From an uncultured bacterium (GTDB lineage Bacteria; Patescibacteriota; Gracilibacteria; UBA1369; PNNO01), in assembly GCA_963704705.1 (NCBI GenBank), contig OY969931.1, positions 1,110,001-1,142,000 on the forward strand: 32,000 nucleotides of DNA, given 5' to 3'. Below, in pieces: positions 1 to 11,354 of this stretch. Under the pieces are notes generated by a model. It saw only the letters and a list, made by a program, of their open reading frames with translations, searched no databases and was not told the origin of the DNA. Position numbers and translations under genes: made by a program. Position 1 is the stretch's first letter. Every line of letters starts with the position of its first letter.

Positions 1-2072
1 CTAACGAACTTATTGATGAAAAAGCAGCTAAAGCAATTGAAAAACTTAAAATTGATGAAGTTCCGGTAATAGCATATGTTACGACCAATACAAAGTATAT
101 GGATGCTGATGAAGAAAAACCATTAACAATTTCTCAGGCAAATACACCAATCGATGATAAAACAGGAGAATTCCAGGAATTAAGAGTTGCTGCCCGTGAA
201 AATTCAGAACCTGTATTGGCTGATGCCGAAGACGTAACTCATATGGATGTATCTCCAAAACAGATCATCTCTGTTACTACTTCACTTATTCCATTCCTTG
301 AGCATGATGATAATACACGTGCTTCAATGGGTTCAAACATGCAACGTCAGGCTGTATCTCTTGTGTCACCTGAAGCTCCGATTGTCGGAACAGGTATGGA
401 AGAACTTGCAGCTAAATCTTCAGGTCAGGTATTGATTGCTGAAGATGACGGTACTGTTTCATATGTTGATGCTAATGAAATTACAGTTATTTATAAAAAC
501 GGTAAAAAAGTTACTTATACTCTTCATGTTTACAGCAGATCAAACCAGGCTACTTCTATTCATCAGAGAGCAGTTGTAGATCAAGGCGATAAAGTTAAAA
601 AAGGTGACGTACTTGCTGATGGTGCATCAACTGACGGCGGAGAACTTGCACTTGGAAGAAACCTTCTGGTGGCTTACATGGCTTGGCAGGGTTACAACTA
701 TGAAGATGCGGTAATTATTTCTGACAGACTTGTTAGAGATAGTGTTTATGATTCAGTTCATATCGAAACATTCACAATGGATGTTCGTGATACAAAACTA
801 GGACCTGAAATTGTAACAAGAGATATCCCTAACGTTGGAGAAAACAGATTAAAAGATCTGGATGAAGACGGTGTTGTGAGAATCGGTGCGCATGTAAAAG
901 AAGGAGATATCCTGGTTGGTAAAATCACACCAAAAGGTGAAACTGAATTAACCGCCGAAGAAAGATTATTACGTGCTATCTTCGGTGATAAAGCGCGTGA
1001 TGTAAAAGATACTTCATTAAGACTTCCCGGTGGTGAAGGCGGAAAAGTAGTTGGTGTTCAATTATTCACAAGACAAAATGGAGATGAACTTCCAACAGGA
1101 GTAAACAAACAAATCAGAGTAAGTGTTGCGCAGACTCGTAAAATCTCAGTTGGAGATAAAATAGCGGGACGCCATGGTAATAAAGGTGTAATTTCAATTA
1201 TTGTACCTCAGGAAGATATGCCGTTCTTACCGGATGGAACACCTGTTGATATTGTTTTGAATCCGCTTGGTGTATCAAGTCGTATGAATATCGGACAAAT
1301 TTTAGAAACGCATTTGGGATGGGCAGCAATAAAACTTGGCATGAAAGTTGCGAGTCCGGCGTTAAACGGAGCAAAACCTAAAGACATTACTGATCTTCTT
1401 AAAAAAGCGGGCTTACCTGAAGATGGAAAAATCCAGCTTTATGATGGAAAATCAGGTGAACCGTTTGATCACAAAACAACAGTAGGTATTGCTTACATAA
1501 TGAAATTGAGCCATTTGATTGAAGATAAAATCCATGCAAGATCTGTTGGACCATATTCACTTGTTACTCAGCAGCCTCTTGGAGGTAAAGCTCAGCATGG
1601 TGGACAGAGATTCGGAGAAATGGAGGTGTGGGCACTTGAAGCATATGGTGCATCTCATACTCTTCAGGAAATGCTCACAATCAAATCCGATGATGTATAC
1701 GGAAGAGCAAAGGCTTATGAATCAATCGTTAAAGGTGAAGCTATCAGAAAACCAAGAACACCTGAATCATTCAATGTACTTGTAAAAGAATTACAAAGTT
1801 TATGTTTGAGTGTTGATCTTGTTAATACTGATACATCTGACGATGACCTGGCCGAGGACGAATACTCAATCAAAGAAGTTGAAAAAGAAGAAGAAGAAAT
1901 TTTAAAAGAAGATATCGAAGACAGAGAAGAAGTTGATCCTGAAGTAGCAAAGAAAATGGCTGAACAAATTGTGACTCCTCATGAAGGTGGGAATCGCATT
2001 CAGCTAAGCGAAACAGAAGCTGCCGAACTGTCGGAATCTGAAACAGAAGCAGACATTGCTTCAAAAAAATAA
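1..2072 (+). CDS. rpoB: DNA-directed RNA polymerase subunit beta, 3' part (5' end upstream of window; codon phase begins at nt 3)
   Basis: Open to the window edge. Motifs [47 protein letters not shown] at 2070-2072 after a long acidic tail. Confidence 0.97.
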   Translation, partial: NELIDEKAAKAIEKLKIDEVPVIAYVTTNTKYMDADEEKPLTISQANTPIDDKTGEFQELRVAARENSEPVLADAEDVTHMDVSPKQIISVTTSLIPFLEHDDNTRASMGSNMQRQAVSLVSPEAPIVGTGMEELAAKSSGQVLIAEDDGTVSYVDANEITVIYKNGKKVTYTLHVYSRSNQATSIHQRAVVDQGDKVKKGDVLADGASTDGGELALGRNLLVAYMAWQGYNYEDAVIISDRLVRDSVYDSVHIETFTMDVRDTKLGPEIVTRDIPNVGENRLKDLDEDGVVRIGAHVKEGDILVGKITPKGETELTAEERLLRAIFGDKARDVKDTSLRLPGGEGGKVVGVQLFTRQNGDELPTGVNKQIRVSVAQTRKISVGDKIAGRHGNKGVISIIVPQEDMPFLPDGTPVDIVLNPLGVSSRMNIGQILETHLGWAAIKLGMKVASPALNGAKPKDITDLLKKAGLPEDGKIQLYDGKSGEPFDHKTTVGIAYIMKLSHLIEDKIHARSVGPYSLVTQQPLGGKAQHGGQRFGEMEVWALEAYGASHTLQEMLTIKSDDVYGRAKAYESIVKGEAIRKPRTPESFNVLVKELQSLCLSVDLVNTDTSDDDLAEDEYSIKEVEKEEEEILKEDIEDREEVDPEVAKKMAEQIVTPHEGGNRIQLSETEAAELSESETEADIASKK
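2001..2050 (+). repeat. R1: degenerate GC-rich repeat copy inside the rpoB tail (hairpin CAGCT-12nt-AGCTG; GAAACAGAAGC occurs twice)
   Basis: cagct 2001-2005 pairs with agctg 2018-2022 around an aagcgaaacaga loop. Translated as [18 protein letters not shown]. Confidence 0.4.
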
Positions 2073-2143
2073 CAGAGCCGAGCAACGCGAGGGTCTGGCG
2101 AGCGAAAACTTATCGCGAGCCTAAGCGTGAGCAAAGCGAACAC
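2073..2143 (+). repeat. R2: GC-rich repeat copy starting at the first base after the rpoB stop
   Basis: cagagccgagcaacgcgagggtctggcgagcgaaaacttatcgcgagcctaagcgtgagcaaagcgaacac. Opens with CAGAGC, rich in GAGCGA/AGCGA units, contrasts with AT-rich flanks. Confidence 0.6.
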
Positions 2144-2174
2144 AATAGAACACACTTAATCTTTAACCAAACGA

Positions 2175-2705
2175 ATGATGAGAAGTGTAAATAAAGTCAT
2201 CTTGATAGGAAACCTGACAAGGGATCCGGAGATGCGACAAACAGCAAACGGGCAGATGGTTACTACATTCTGCATCGCGACAAACCGTGAATGGGTTACA
2301 AAAGACAGTGAAAAACACGGATTAGCAGAATATCACGATATCGTTGCTTGGGCGCGTCTTGCAGAAATCTGCAACAAATACCTTAAAAAAGGAAAACTTG
2401 TATACATCGAAGGTTACCTAAAAACACGAAGCTGGGATACTCCTGAAGGTGTAAAAAAATTCAGAACCGAAGTGGTTGCACAGGATATGATCATGCTTGA
2501 AAAAAGACCAAAAGGTGAAGAAGGCGAAGAATATATTCCGGAAAGTGACGAATATGTTCATGAAGAAGAACCAATGCAGAGCGAGCCAAAGGCGAGCTCT
2601 TCTGGAGCGAACGAAGTGAGCGAAGCGGAAAAAGAAAAAGAAGAGAAAAAAGAAGAGAAAAAAGAAGAATCTAAGGTCGATATATCAGCTGACCTTGGAC
2701 TTTAA
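2175..2705 (+). CDS. ssb: single-stranded DNA-binding protein
   Basis: OB-fold SSB pattern (VILIGNLTRDPEMR, YHDIVAWARLAE, LVYIEGYLKTRSW), then an acidic low-complexity linker. The tail ends DISADLGL rather than the classical DDDIPF-type tip. Start could be 2178. Confidence 0.9.
   Translation: MMRSVNKVILIGNLTRDPEMRQTANGQMVTTFCIATNREWVTKDSEKHGLAEYHDIVAWARLAEICNKYLKKGKLVYIEGYLKTRSWDTPEGVKKFRTEVVAQDMIMLEKRPKGEEGEEYIPESDEYVHEEEPMQSEPKASSSGANEVSEAEKEKEEKKEEKKEESKVDISADLGL
2577..2628 (+). repeat. R3: GC-rich repeat copy in frame within the ssb linker
   Basis: cagagcgagccaaaggcgagctcttctggagcgaacgaagtgagcgaagcgg. AGAGC...GCTCT stem. Read as QSEPKASSSGANEVSEAE. Confidence 0.65.
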
Positions 2706-2728
2706 CCCTTAATTAGCAATCAGCTATT

Positions 2729-3694
2729 ATGAGTGAACTCCTACAAACAATTTTACTATTCGCGGTAGCCCTATTCTTTCTGGTTAAATCAGCAGATTAT
2801 CTGGTGAAATATTCAGAAAAGTTAGGGTTATCGCTTGGAGTTCCTTCATTTATTGTCGGGATAACAATAATCAGTGCGGGTACTTCCCTGCCGGAACTTG
2901 CCACATCAATCTTCTCTATAGTTAAAGGAGAACCAGGTGTTGTTGCAGGTAACGTAATTGGTTCAAATATTGCCAATATTTTACTGGTTGTTGGTGTCGC
3001 TACAATAATTGCAAAAAAAATCGAAATCAAAAGAAGCCTAATCAGGCTTGATCTTCCGTTGCTGGTAGGGGCAAGCGCAATTTTGGTTTTGACTGTAATG
3101 GACGGCAAATTTACATTTATTGAAGGTGTAATTTCAATTTTAGGTTTCATAATCTACTTAATTTATAGTCTTACTGAACAGAAAAAACCTTTGGAGGAAA
3201 AAGAAAAAGGTTTAATAAAAACTTTGAAAGGTGAACAAAGGCCGCCCTTCAAATGGATTTATATTTTATGGATAGTAATTTCAGCTGCAGTACTTTATTT
3301 CTCTGCAAATTTCACTATTGATGCGGTTATAACAATGGGAGCAATTTTAAATTTAGATACATCTATCATCGCAATTACCGCTATAGCTATTGGTACTTCG
3401 CTTCCTGAACTTATTGTTTCTGTAACAGCAGCGAAAAAAGGTAAATTTGATATCGCTTTAGGTAATGTACTTGGTTCAAATATTTTTAACGGATTTATGA
3501 TAATGGGTGTTTCAGGTGTTATAACTGACCTGCCTGTTGAACCTGCGGTACTTAATATTGGTGTACCGTTTTTAATTGTTGCAACAATTTTTCTTGCTTT
3601 CTCAGGTATCGAACGAAAATTTTACAACTGGGAAGGCGCGCTTTACTTAATATTATATTTCCTATTTATAGGACAACTCTTTAACTTTATATAA
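2729..3694 (+). CDS. Ca2+/Na+ (CaCA family, YrbG-like) antiporter
   Basis: Polytopic membrane protein with duplicated alpha-repeat signatures [10 protein letters not shown] / [10 protein letters not shown] and GNVIGSNI / GNVLGSNI. Its stop lies 1 nt before the rpoC ATG. Confidence 0.88.
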   Translation: MSELLQTILLFAVALFFLVKSADYLVKYSEKLGLSLGVPSFIVGITIISAGTSLPELATSIFSIVKGEPGVVAGNVIGSNIANILLVVGVATIIAKKIEIKRSLIRLDLPLLVGASAILVLTVMDGKFTFIEGVISILGFIIYLIYSLTEQKKPLEEKEKGLIKTLKGEQRPPFKWIYILWIVISAAVLYFSANFTIDAVITMGAILNLDTSIIAITAIAIGTSLPELIVSVTAAKKGKFDIALGNVLGSNIFNGFMIMGVSGVITDLPVEPAVLNIGVPFLIVATIFLAFSGIERKFYNWEGALYLILYFLFIGQLFNFI

Positions 3695-3695
3695 A

Positions 3696-6600
3696 ATGGC
3701 AAATCAACAAGAACGGCCTCATGAAGGTCACCAAAGACAAAATCAAAACCCTCATACTTTAGATACATTTGATGCAATTTCAATTGCAGTTGCTTCTCCT
3801 GAGGAGATATTATCTTGGTCTCACGGCGAAGTTAAAAAGCCTGAAACAATTAATTACAGAACTCAAAAACCTGAACGTGAAGGTTTATTCTGTGAAAAGA
3901 TTTTCGGGCCAACCAAAAACTGGGAATGTTATTGCGGAAAATATAAAAGAATCCGATATAAAGGTGTAATTTGTGAAAAGTGTGGAGTTGAAGTTACTAG
4001 AAGCTCAGTTAGACGTGAAAGAATGGGTCATATTAAACTTGCGGTTCCTGTTACTCACATTTGGTTTTTAAGATCTACACCAAGCAGAATCGGTTTACTT
4101 TTGGATTTACCAATTAAAACTATTGAACAGGTAGTTTATTTTGCTGCATACGTAATTACTCAGGTTGATGAAGATGCAAAAACTGAAGCAAAAGAAACAC
4201 TTACAAATGAATATCAACAGCATAAGAAGAAAATTAAAGAAGAAGCAAAAAATGCTGTAGATAAAGCTAAATCAGATGAAAAGAAAAAGGGAGAACTTTC
4301 AATGATTGAAAGAGATTACGCTAAAAAAATTGAAGAATTGGATGAACAGCATGCAAGTGCAAAAGATGATTTAAACGGACTTGCAGTTGGCTCGGTATAT
4401 TCTGAGCTTGAATATAGAAATCTTTCAATGAAATTCGGACAAATCTTTAAAGCAAGTACAGGAGCTGAATCAATCCGGGATATCATTATGAGTCTTGATC
4501 TAAAATCATTGATTGATGAACTTGAAGTTGACCTTAAAAAAGCTTCAGGTCAAAAGCAAAAGAAAATTATTAAAAGAATTAAACTTTGCGGAAGTTTATT
4601 AAAAGCCGGAATCAAACCTGAATGGATGGTACTTACAGCATTGCCTGTAATTCCACCGGATTTAAGGCCAATGGTGCAACTTGACGGAGGAAGATTCGCT
4701 GCTTCTGATCTTAATGATTTATACAGACGTGTAATTAACAGAAATAACCGTTTAAAAAGACTTATTGCAATTGGAGCACCGGAAGTAATCTGCAGAAATG
4801 AAAAACGTATGCTTCAGGAAGCTGTTGATACTTTATTAAACAACAGCGCTCGTCAGGGTAAAACAGTATTTAACTCTGGAGATAAGAGAAAACTTCGATC
4901 TCTTTCTGACATGTTGAAAGGTAAACAGGGTCGTTTCAGACAAAACTTACTTGGTAAACGTGTGGATTATTCAGGACGTTCTGTAATTGTGGTTGGACCG
5001 CACCTTAAATTAAATCAATGTGGTTTACCAAAACTTATGGCAATGGAATTATTTAAGCCGTTTGTTATCGGACGTTTGATTAGAGACGGATATGCTCACA
5101 ACATTAAAAATGCAGAAAAATTAATTCAGGCTAATAAAAGAGAAGTTTGGGATATTCTTGAGGAAGTTACAATTGGTCACTATGTATTATTAAATCGTGC
5201 TCCAACGCTTCACAGATTGGGAATTCAGGCTTTCCAGCCTGTACTGGTAGAAGGTAAAGCGATTCAGATTCATCCATTGGTATGTACGGCGTTCAATGCG
5301 GACTTTGATGGAGATCAGATGGCGGTTCATGTGCCTTTATCAAAACAGGCTCAGGAAGAAGCTAAGAGACTTATTCAGTCAGCTAACAATTTACTTAAAC
5401 CATCTCATGGTGAACCTATCGTAACACCTACTCAGGATATGGTGCTTGGATGTTACTTCTTAACAAAAATGACACCTGGTAAAAAGGGAGAAGGTATGGT
5501 TTTCTCTGACTTGGACGAAGCAATTTTAGCTTATAGACTTGGATATGTTCATGTGCAGGCTGCAATCAAAGCAAGAGTTAATGATGAAATAATCGAAACA
5601 ACTGTTGGAAGAATGATCTTTAACAGCTTTGTACCTGAAGGACTTCCTTACGTTAACGAAACAATGAAAAAAGGAAGCTTAAGTTCACTTATCAGTGACT
5701 CTTACAATAAATACGGTAACGAAGTTACTGCAAAATTCGCTGATGAAATTAAAAGACTCGGATTTAAATTTGCTACAAAATCAGGGCTTTCAATCGGAGG
5801 TGCTGATATGCTTGTGCCTTCAGAAAAGACTAAAATCATTGAAGATTCTTCTGAAGTAATTAAACAGATTACAAATCAATTCAATGAAGGATTAATGACA
5901 GATGAAGAAAGATATAATCATTCGATTAAAGTATGGTCTCAGGCTAAATCTGACATTACAACAGCAATGATTAAAAACATTGATGATGAAAATCACATTT
6001 ATTACATGATTGATTCAGGAGCCAGAGGTAACTGGGGTCAGATCACACAGCTATGCGGAATTAAAGGTCTGGTTGCTAATCCTGCAGGTAAAACAATCGA
6101 ATTACCAATCAAATCAAACTTAAAAGAAGGATTCACCATCCTGGAATACTTCATTGCAACACATGGAGGCCGTAAAGGTAAATCTGATACAGCGCTTAAA
6201 ACAGCTGAAGCAGGTTACTTAACACGTCGTCTTGTTGATGCGGTTCAGGATATCATTGTTAAAGAATATGACTGCGGAACTGAACACGCTCATAGAATCA
6301 CACGTAATGAAAGTGAACAGATCGGTGAAGATTTTGAAAAGAGAATTTACGGACGTGTTGTTACAAAGAATGTTATAGATTCAAAAACAGGTGAAGTACT
6401 TGTTAAAAAAGATACTGAACTTGGCAAAGCGGAAATCAAGAAAATCACCGAAGGAACAGTTGATGAAGTATATGCAAGATCAGTAATGACGTGCCAGACT
6501 CCAAATGGAATCTGCGTAAAATGTTATGGTAAAGATCTCGGAACAAATGACACTGTTGATATTGGTACTGCTGTTGGAATTATCGCAGCACAAAGTATCG

Positions 6601-7628
6601 GTGAACCTGGAACACAGCTTACCATGCGTACATTCCACATGGGTGGTGTTGCGGAAGGAAAAGATATTACTCAGGGTCTTACACGTGTTGAAGAACTATT
6701 CGAAGCAAGAACTCCTAAATCTCCTGCTGTACTGGCTGAAATCGATGGCAAAGTTAAAATCAGTCAAAAAGGTAAAACAGCTGCAATCACTGTTATTTCA
6801 GAAGAACCGATAATTACTCAATATCCGCTTGGCGCTTTCATGAAAGCCGAAGTGAAAAAAGGAGATAAGATTAAAGAAAAACAGGTTATTGCAAAATCTA
6901 CAAAGCAAAAAAATCTTATAAAAGCTGAAAATGACGGCAAAGTTCTTAGCGTTAGTGATGAAATGATTGAACTAATTTCAGATGACGTTGTTGAAAGAGT
7001 TTATACAATTCCTCAAGGTAAAACTATCCTTGTTAAAAACGGCGATAAAGTTACCAAAGGACAGGCGCTTACATCAGGTCACTTGAATTTGAGACAATTG
7101 ATGCAGTTAACCGACATATACAATCTGCAAAAATATATTATGCAGGAAGTACAAAGTATATATGCTTCACAGGGTCAGACAATCAATGATAAACACATTG
7201 AGATTATTGCGAGACAAATGCTTTCTAAATCAAGGATTCTTGATTCCGGTGACACAAACATGTTACCAGGTGAACTTGTTGATACCATTGAACTTGAAAA
7301 GCTTAACGCTGACTTGATTAAGAAGAAAAAACACCCTGCTGATGCTGAAAGATTACTTCTTGGACTTACAAGGATTTCACTTTATACAGATAGCTGGCTT
7401 TCTGCTGCTTCATTCCAGGAAACAATCCGTGTGCTTGTTGAAGCATCAACAACTAAACGTATTGATAACCTTGAAGGTCTTAAAGAAAACGTTATCATCG
7501 GTAAACTTATTCCTGCAGGAGATACTTATAAGAACAGAAACCCTGAATTGGTTAAAGAAATGGAGAAATACTATACGAAAAAAGAAAAAGAGGAAACAGT
7601 GCAGGAAGAATCACTTGGAGAAATGTAG
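3696..7628 (+). CDS. rpoC: DNA-directed RNA polymerase subunit beta'
   Basis: 1310 aa. N-terminal Zn motif [23 protein letters not shown], catalytic [12 protein letters not shown], conserved [17 protein letters not shown]. Confidence 0.98.
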   Translation: MANQQERPHEGHQRQNQNPHTLDTFDAISIAVASPEEILSWSHGEVKKPETINYRTQKPEREGLFCEKIFGPTKNWECYCGKYKRIRYKGVICEKCGVEVTRSSVRRERMGHIKLAVPVTHIWFLRSTPSRIGLLLDLPIKTIEQVVYFAAYVITQVDEDAKTEAKETLTNEYQQHKKKIKEEAKNAVDKAKSDEKKKGELSMIERDYAKKIEELDEQHASAKDDLNGLAVGSVYSELEYRNLSMKFGQIFKASTGAESIRDIIMSLDLKSLIDELEVDLKKASGQKQKKIIKRIKLCGSLLKAGIKPEWMVLTALPVIPPDLRPMVQLDGGRFAASDLNDLYRRVINRNNRLKRLIAIGAPEVICRNEKRMLQEAVDTLLNNSARQGKTVFNSGDKRKLRSLSDMLKGKQGRFRQNLLGKRVDYSGRSVIVVGPHLKLNQCGLPKLMAMELFKPFVIGRLIRDGYAHNIKNAEKLIQANKREVWDILEEVTIGHYVLLNRAPTLHRLGIQAFQPVLVEGKAIQIHPLVCTAFNADFDGDQMAVHVPLSKQAQEEAKRLIQSANNLLKPSHGEPIVTPTQDMVLGCYFLTKMTPGKKGEGMVFSDLDEAILAYRLGYVHVQAAIKARVNDEIIETTVGRMIFNSFVPEGLPYVNETMKKGSLSSLISDSYNKYGNEVTAKFADEIKRLGFKFATKSGLSIGGADMLVPSEKTKIIEDSSEVIKQITNQFNEGLMTDEERYNHSIKVWSQAKSDITTAMIKNIDDENHIYYMIDSGARGNWGQITQLCGIKGLVANPAGKTIELPIKSNLKEGFTILEYFIATHGGRKGKSDTALKTAEAGYLTRRLVDAVQDIIVKEYDCGTEHAHRITRNESEQIGEDFEKRIYGRVVTKNVIDSKTGEVLVKKDTELGKAEIKKITEGTVDEVYARSVMTCQTPNGICVKCYGKDLGTNDTVDIGTAVGIIAAQSIGEPGTQLTMRTFHMGGVAEGKDITQGLTRVEELFEARTPKSPAVLAEIDGKVKISQKGKTAAITVISEEPIITQYPLGAFMKAEVKKGDKIKEKQVIAKSTKQKNLIKAENDGKVLSVSDEMIELISDDVVERVYTIPQGKTILVKNGDKVTKGQALTSGHLNLRQLMQLTDIYNLQKYIMQEVQSIYASQGQTINDKHIEIIARQMLSKSRILDSGDTNMLPGELVDTIELEKLNADLIKKKKHPADAERLLLGLTRISLYTDSWLSAASFQETIRVLVEASTTKRIDNLEGLKENVIIGKLIPAGDTYKNRNPELVKEMEKYYTKKEKEETVQEESLGEM

Positions 7629-7630
7629 TC

Positions 7631-7677
7631 GGATTGGGGCGATGTGCAAGTTGTTCACTCGCACATCGCCCCAATCC
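7631..7677 (+). other. perfect 17-bp stem hairpin 3 nt after the rpoC stop, no U-tract
   Basis: ggattggggcgatgtgc (7631-7647) is the exact reverse complement of gcacatcgccccaatcc (7661-7677), with a 13-nt loop. Followed by tctgctcat, not a T run. Confidence 0.6.
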
Positions 7678-7704
7678 TCTGCTCATAAAAAGTTTAAAAA
7701 ACTC

Positions 7705-7733
7705 TTGCAATCCGCTCTTAAATCCTTTACATT
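7705..7733 (+). promoter_or_regulatory. candidate sigma70-type promoter for rpsL-rpsG
   Basis: TTGCAA (7705-7710), 17 nt, TACATT (7728-7733), about 28 nt upstream of the rpsL ATG. Confidence 0.4.
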
Positions 7734-7761
7734 AACCGTCGCCACTTAAATTTAAAAAGAT

Positions 7762-8172
7762 ATGCCAACAATTAATCAATTAGTTAGAAAAGGAAGAAAA
7801 AAAGTCATTAAAAAGACTAAATCGCCAGCAATGGGGATAACATTCAATACATTGAAAAATAATAATGTTTCAATTAATTGTCCTCAAAAGCGTGGTGTAT
7901 GCGTAAAAGTGTTTACAATGACACCTAAAAAACCGAATTCGGCATTACGTAAAGTGGCAAGAGTAAGACTAACTAACGGAATGGAAGTTAATGCTTATAT
8001 TCCTGGTGAAGGACACAATTTACAGGAACACTCTGTTGTTACTATCAGAGGAGGAAGAGTAAAGGATCTGCCTGGTGTACGTTATCATATTATCAGAGGA
8101 TCACTTGATACTCAGGGAGTTGAAAAACGCAAGCAGGGCAGAAGCCGCTACGGAACTAAAAAACCTAAATAA
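7762..8172 (+). CDS. rpsL: 30S ribosomal protein S12
   Basis: [43 protein letters not shown]. Confidence 0.98.
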   Translation: MPTINQLVRKGRKKVIKKTKSPAMGITFNTLKNNNVSINCPQKRGVCVKVFTMTPKKPNSALRKVARVRLTNGMEVNAYIPGEGHNLQEHSVVTIRGGRVKDLPGVRYHIIRGSLDTQGVEKRKQGRSRYGTKKPK

Positions 8173-8193
8173 TAGCCATTATAAATTTATACT

Positions 8194-8646
8194 ATGCAAA
8201 AAAGAGCACATTTTATACCAAAAGATTCAAACCCGCTTTATGAAAAATTCATAAACTATGTAATGAACGACGGTAAAAAAACCGTTGCCCGCAGAATCTT
8301 TAATGATTCATTCAAAATGATAAGCGAAAAAACTAAAGAAGATCCGGGTAAAATCTTTAATAAAGCATTGGATAACGTAAAACCTCAAATGGAAGTTAAG
8401 CCAAAGAGAATCGGAGGCGCTGTTTATCAAATTCCATTGGAAGTTAATGCAAACAGACAAATTACCTTAGCATTCAGATGGCTTATTACAGCTGCAAGAT
8501 CAGGAAAAGGTTCAGCAATGCACCAAAGGCTTGCTAATGAACTTATGCAGGCAGCAGAAGGCCAGGGTGCAGCATGCAAGAAGAAGGAAGATACTCACAA
8601 AATGGCTGCTGCAAACAAAGCGTTTGCTCACTTTGCAAGATACTAA
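8194..8646 (+). CDS. rpsG: 30S ribosomal protein S7
   Basis: S7 pattern (FINYVMNDGKKTVARRIF, VKPRRIGGAVYQIP-like KPKRIGGAVYQIPLEV, AFAHFARY end) and position after rpsL. Confidence 0.95.
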   Translation: MQKRAHFIPKDSNPLYEKFINYVMNDGKKTVARRIFNDSFKMISEKTKEDPGKIFNKALDNVKPQMEVKPKRIGGAVYQIPLEVNANRQITLAFRWLITAARSGKGSAMHQRLANELMQAAEGQGAACKKKEDTHKMAAANKAFAHFARY

Positions 8647-8660
8647 AACTTACAATTTCA

Positions 8661-8697
8661 AAAAGGCGCCTGCATAATGCGGGCGCCTTTTTTTATT
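8661..8697. terminator. bidirectional intrinsic terminator between convergent rpsG and the SLH protein gene
   Basis: aaaaggcgcctgc-ataat-gcgggcgcctttttttatt: GC-rich stem flanked by an A run upstream and a T run downstream. Confidence 0.8.
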
Positions 8698-8704
8698 ATT
8701 TATT

Positions 8705-11218
8705 CTAGTAATAAATAAAGTCATAGTATTCGCCTTCATCAGGTCCAACTTCAACTGAATTCACTTCTGCATAATCATTATTCATATCATTGGCTTTTAC
8801 CATACCTTTTGAAACAGTGTATAAATAGTTTCCTATATAAAGAACTCTTTCAATATCTTTTGGACCATACCAGTAATAACCCGCTTTATCCGCTACTTCA
8901 GTTTCAGTGTAATGTGAAATCTTTGCTTTAAGATTAAATCCCTTTTGAAGATCAAGCCCGAATACATAAGCGCCCTGGAATATATAATCGCCATATGTAT
9001 TTAAAGGCATATTAGGATCTTTAACTTCATCAGGCAGCTGAGCAACTTTTACAGGGAAAGCAATTATATTTTTATCCTTATCAAATAATAATGCTTTATG
9101 ATCATATAAAAGCGGAGAATCAGTTCCCCTGTCGCCTATCACAACTTTAAATTGCTCAATTGGATTATTAACATCGGTTACATCAAACAATCCAACTTTC
9201 ATTCCCTGATACCATTCAAAATCAACTGTCCTTCCGGCTGCCTCAAGTTCAGTCGGGTCCACTGTATCTTTTCCAAATCCAAGTACATGGTTTTCGTCAT
9301 AAGGATGCAAATAATCGCTGTAGCCCGGTATCTTAAGCTTACCTAAAACTTTAGGAAAAGCATGATTGCTCATATCTATCACAAAAAATGGATCAATCTT
9401 TTTAAAGGTAACCATATAAAGTCTTCCGCCAATAAATCTCGTAGAATAAATGCTTTCACCCGGAGCAAGACCTTCAAGTTTACCAACCATATTCATATCT
9501 GAATCATAAACATAAACATCATTGTCAGAGCTTCCGTCCCAACTGAATCCACGGGTTGTTGCAATTCTAAAATGGTCATCATATTCATCCATAGAGAATT
9601 GATTTAAAATATGACCCGGTGCTTTTCCTTTTGACTGAAATTCAATTCCATCTTTTCCAAGGCTGAATTTATATAAATTTGTATTTTCATTATCACTTCT
9701 CCAATACCAATTTGATGATGCAACGTATAAATTATCACGAGATGAATATATATTTTCACTTCTGCCAAGTATAACTTCGTGTACTATATCCGCACTTTTA
9801 TCATTGATTGGAATTCCAACTACAATTAAATAATTAGGATCTTCCATAATCGGAATTTGTTTGATATCAGTACAATCAACAAGCGGTTTAGATACTTCAT
9901 CATCATTGTCCAAATACTGCGGAAGAATTTCTACAGGATTTTCAATATCAGCATAAGGAATAAACGCGTATCTGTTTAATACAACATAAACCATATCATC
10001 AACTTTTCTTGACTGGCTATAATCACCCTCAAATGTCATTTTTCTAAATTGTTTGATATCGGTTTTATCTGAAATATCAAATATATAAACCACTGTTTCG
10101 CCTCCTCCGTAATAAGGATGAGCTATTTCCACTGACATTGGCTCGCCTCTTAAAGGATACGGATATGAATAATATGAATTTCCAATTACAACCAATTTAT
10201 CGCCGTCAACATACATGTCGGTAGGCAAGAAGCTTTCGTCTTCGAACGCCAAAGCATCGAGCTCCTGCATTTCATCAGGCTGATAAGCTTTAACAACTCT
10301 TATTTTGCTGTCTTTAATAATATAAATATATTCACCGTCTGTTTTCACAAAATCCGCTTCATCAACACCTTCAACCTGTACGTTTGTAGTTGAATATTCC
10401 GCTAAATTTGTACTTTCATCTGCACGTGAAGCATCTGTAGAGCTTACAGTTGTTTTTGTGGCACCAGCATTTGGTTCAGACACAGGTAAAGCCATTTCTC
10501 CTACCGCCATATCCCCTTCAACTCCATAATAATAAGTATCAAGTGTTTGGAATTTATCTATCAGCATCTGGCATGATTCAATGTTTGTAACCTGTTGATT
10601 TTTTGTTGTTTCTTTCAAGGTATTATAATTGTTCGAATCCCCTGTTTCACCGGTTTCAACACGCCAAACCATCTCAGCCATTTCTCCTCGATTCAAATAC
10701 TGATCAAATGTTTCAACTGAAGGCGGAATCGCATTATCCGCTTCAACTGCTTTTACATATTTGTGATACCAGGCATCCTGATAAGTATCATCAGCCGGAA
10801 TATCAAGTCCTTCAGTAATAACTTTTCCTGATTCAACAAAATTAATAGGGCGTTCAGGTTTAAAAGTTCCATCCGGATATCCCTGAACCAAACCTTCAGC
10901 CTTTGCCTTACATACATAAGGAGCAAACCACTGATCTGTTACATCAGGAAAACAATAGCCACCTTCAGGTGCAATGTCTGCTGATTCAAGAACAATTTTC
11001 ACAAACTCAGCACGGTTGATTGTATTTGCCGGTTTGTAAGATCCATCAGGATAACCCTGAACAACTCCTTCATCAAGAAGGAATGTTACTGCATCAGAGT
11101 ATTCGTAAGTAGTAGGTACATCTGCGAAGCTTGCTGCACTTGCTGTATTTGAGACTACAATAAAAGTAGCCATAATACCCAGCATTGCAAACACTGCTCC
11201 CAGTTTTTTTGCATTCAT
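8705..11218 (-). CDS. secreted surface protein: signal peptide, three SLH-like repeats and a large beta-propeller domain
   Basis: N-terminus MNAKKLGAVFAMLGIMATFIVVSNTASA. SLH-like repeats FADVP...GVVQGYPDGSYKP..INRAEF and FPDV...GLVQGYPDGTFKP. The rest resembles the secreted 'beta propeller domain' family (STTNVQVEGVDEADFVKTDGEYIYI, FDxSD, HPYDENHxxGFG motifs). Confidence 0.85.
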   Translation of the reverse strand: MNAKKLGAVFAMLGIMATFIVVSNTASAASFADVPTTYEYSDAVTFLLDEGVVQGYPDGSYKPANTINRAEFVKIVLESADIAPEGGYCFPDVTDQWFAPYVCKAKAEGLVQGYPDGTFKPERPINFVESGKVITEGLDIPADDTYQDAWYHKYVKAVEADNAIPPSVETFDQYLNRGEMAEMVWRVETGETGDSNNYNTLKETTKNQQVTNIESCQMLIDKFQTLDTYYYGVEGDMAVGEMALPVSEPNAGATKTTVSSTDASRADESTNLAEYSTTNVQVEGVDEADFVKTDGEYIYIIKDSKIRVVKAYQPDEMQELDALAFEDESFLPTDMYVDGDKLVVIGNSYYSYPYPLRGEPMSVEIAHPYYGGGETVVYIFDISDKTDIKQFRKMTFEGDYSQSRKVDDMVYVVLNRYAFIPYADIENPVEILPQYLDNDDEVSKPLVDCTDIKQIPIMEDPNYLIVVGIPINDKSADIVHEVILGRSENIYSSRDNLYVASSNWYWRSDNENTNLYKFSLGKDGIEFQSKGKAPGHILNQFSMDEYDDHFRIATTRGFSWDGSSDNDVYVYDSDMNMVGKLEGLAPGESIYSTRFIGGRLYMVTFKKIDPFFVIDMSNHAFPKVLGKLKIPGYSDYLHPYDENHVLGFGKDTVDPTELEAAGRTVDFEWYQGMKVGLFDVTDVNNPIEQFKVVIGDRGTDSPLLYDHKALLFDKDKNIIAFPVKVAQLPDEVKDPNMPLNTYGDYIFQGAYVFGLDLQKGFNLKAKISHYTETEVADKAGYYWYGPKDIERVLYIGNYLYTVSKGMVKANDMNNDYAEVNSVEVGPDEGEYYDFIYY

Positions 11219-11300
11219 TATATAGAGGGTTAAATAGCAAAATCGCTAAATATAAGTATACAACGTTAGCCAAAATTACGAAAGCGAGTTGACGAATAAT

Positions 11301-11335
11301 AAAAAGCCCGCCCCACTACGATGAGTGGGGCGGGC
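11301..11335 (-). terminator. intrinsic terminator of small ORF A
   Basis: On the minus strand: gcccgccccact-catcgt-agtggggcgggc, then ttttt. 12-bp GC-rich stem (11306-11317 / 11324-11335). Confidence 0.8.
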
Positions 11336-11354
11336 GCGAAGTTCGATGAGGCGA

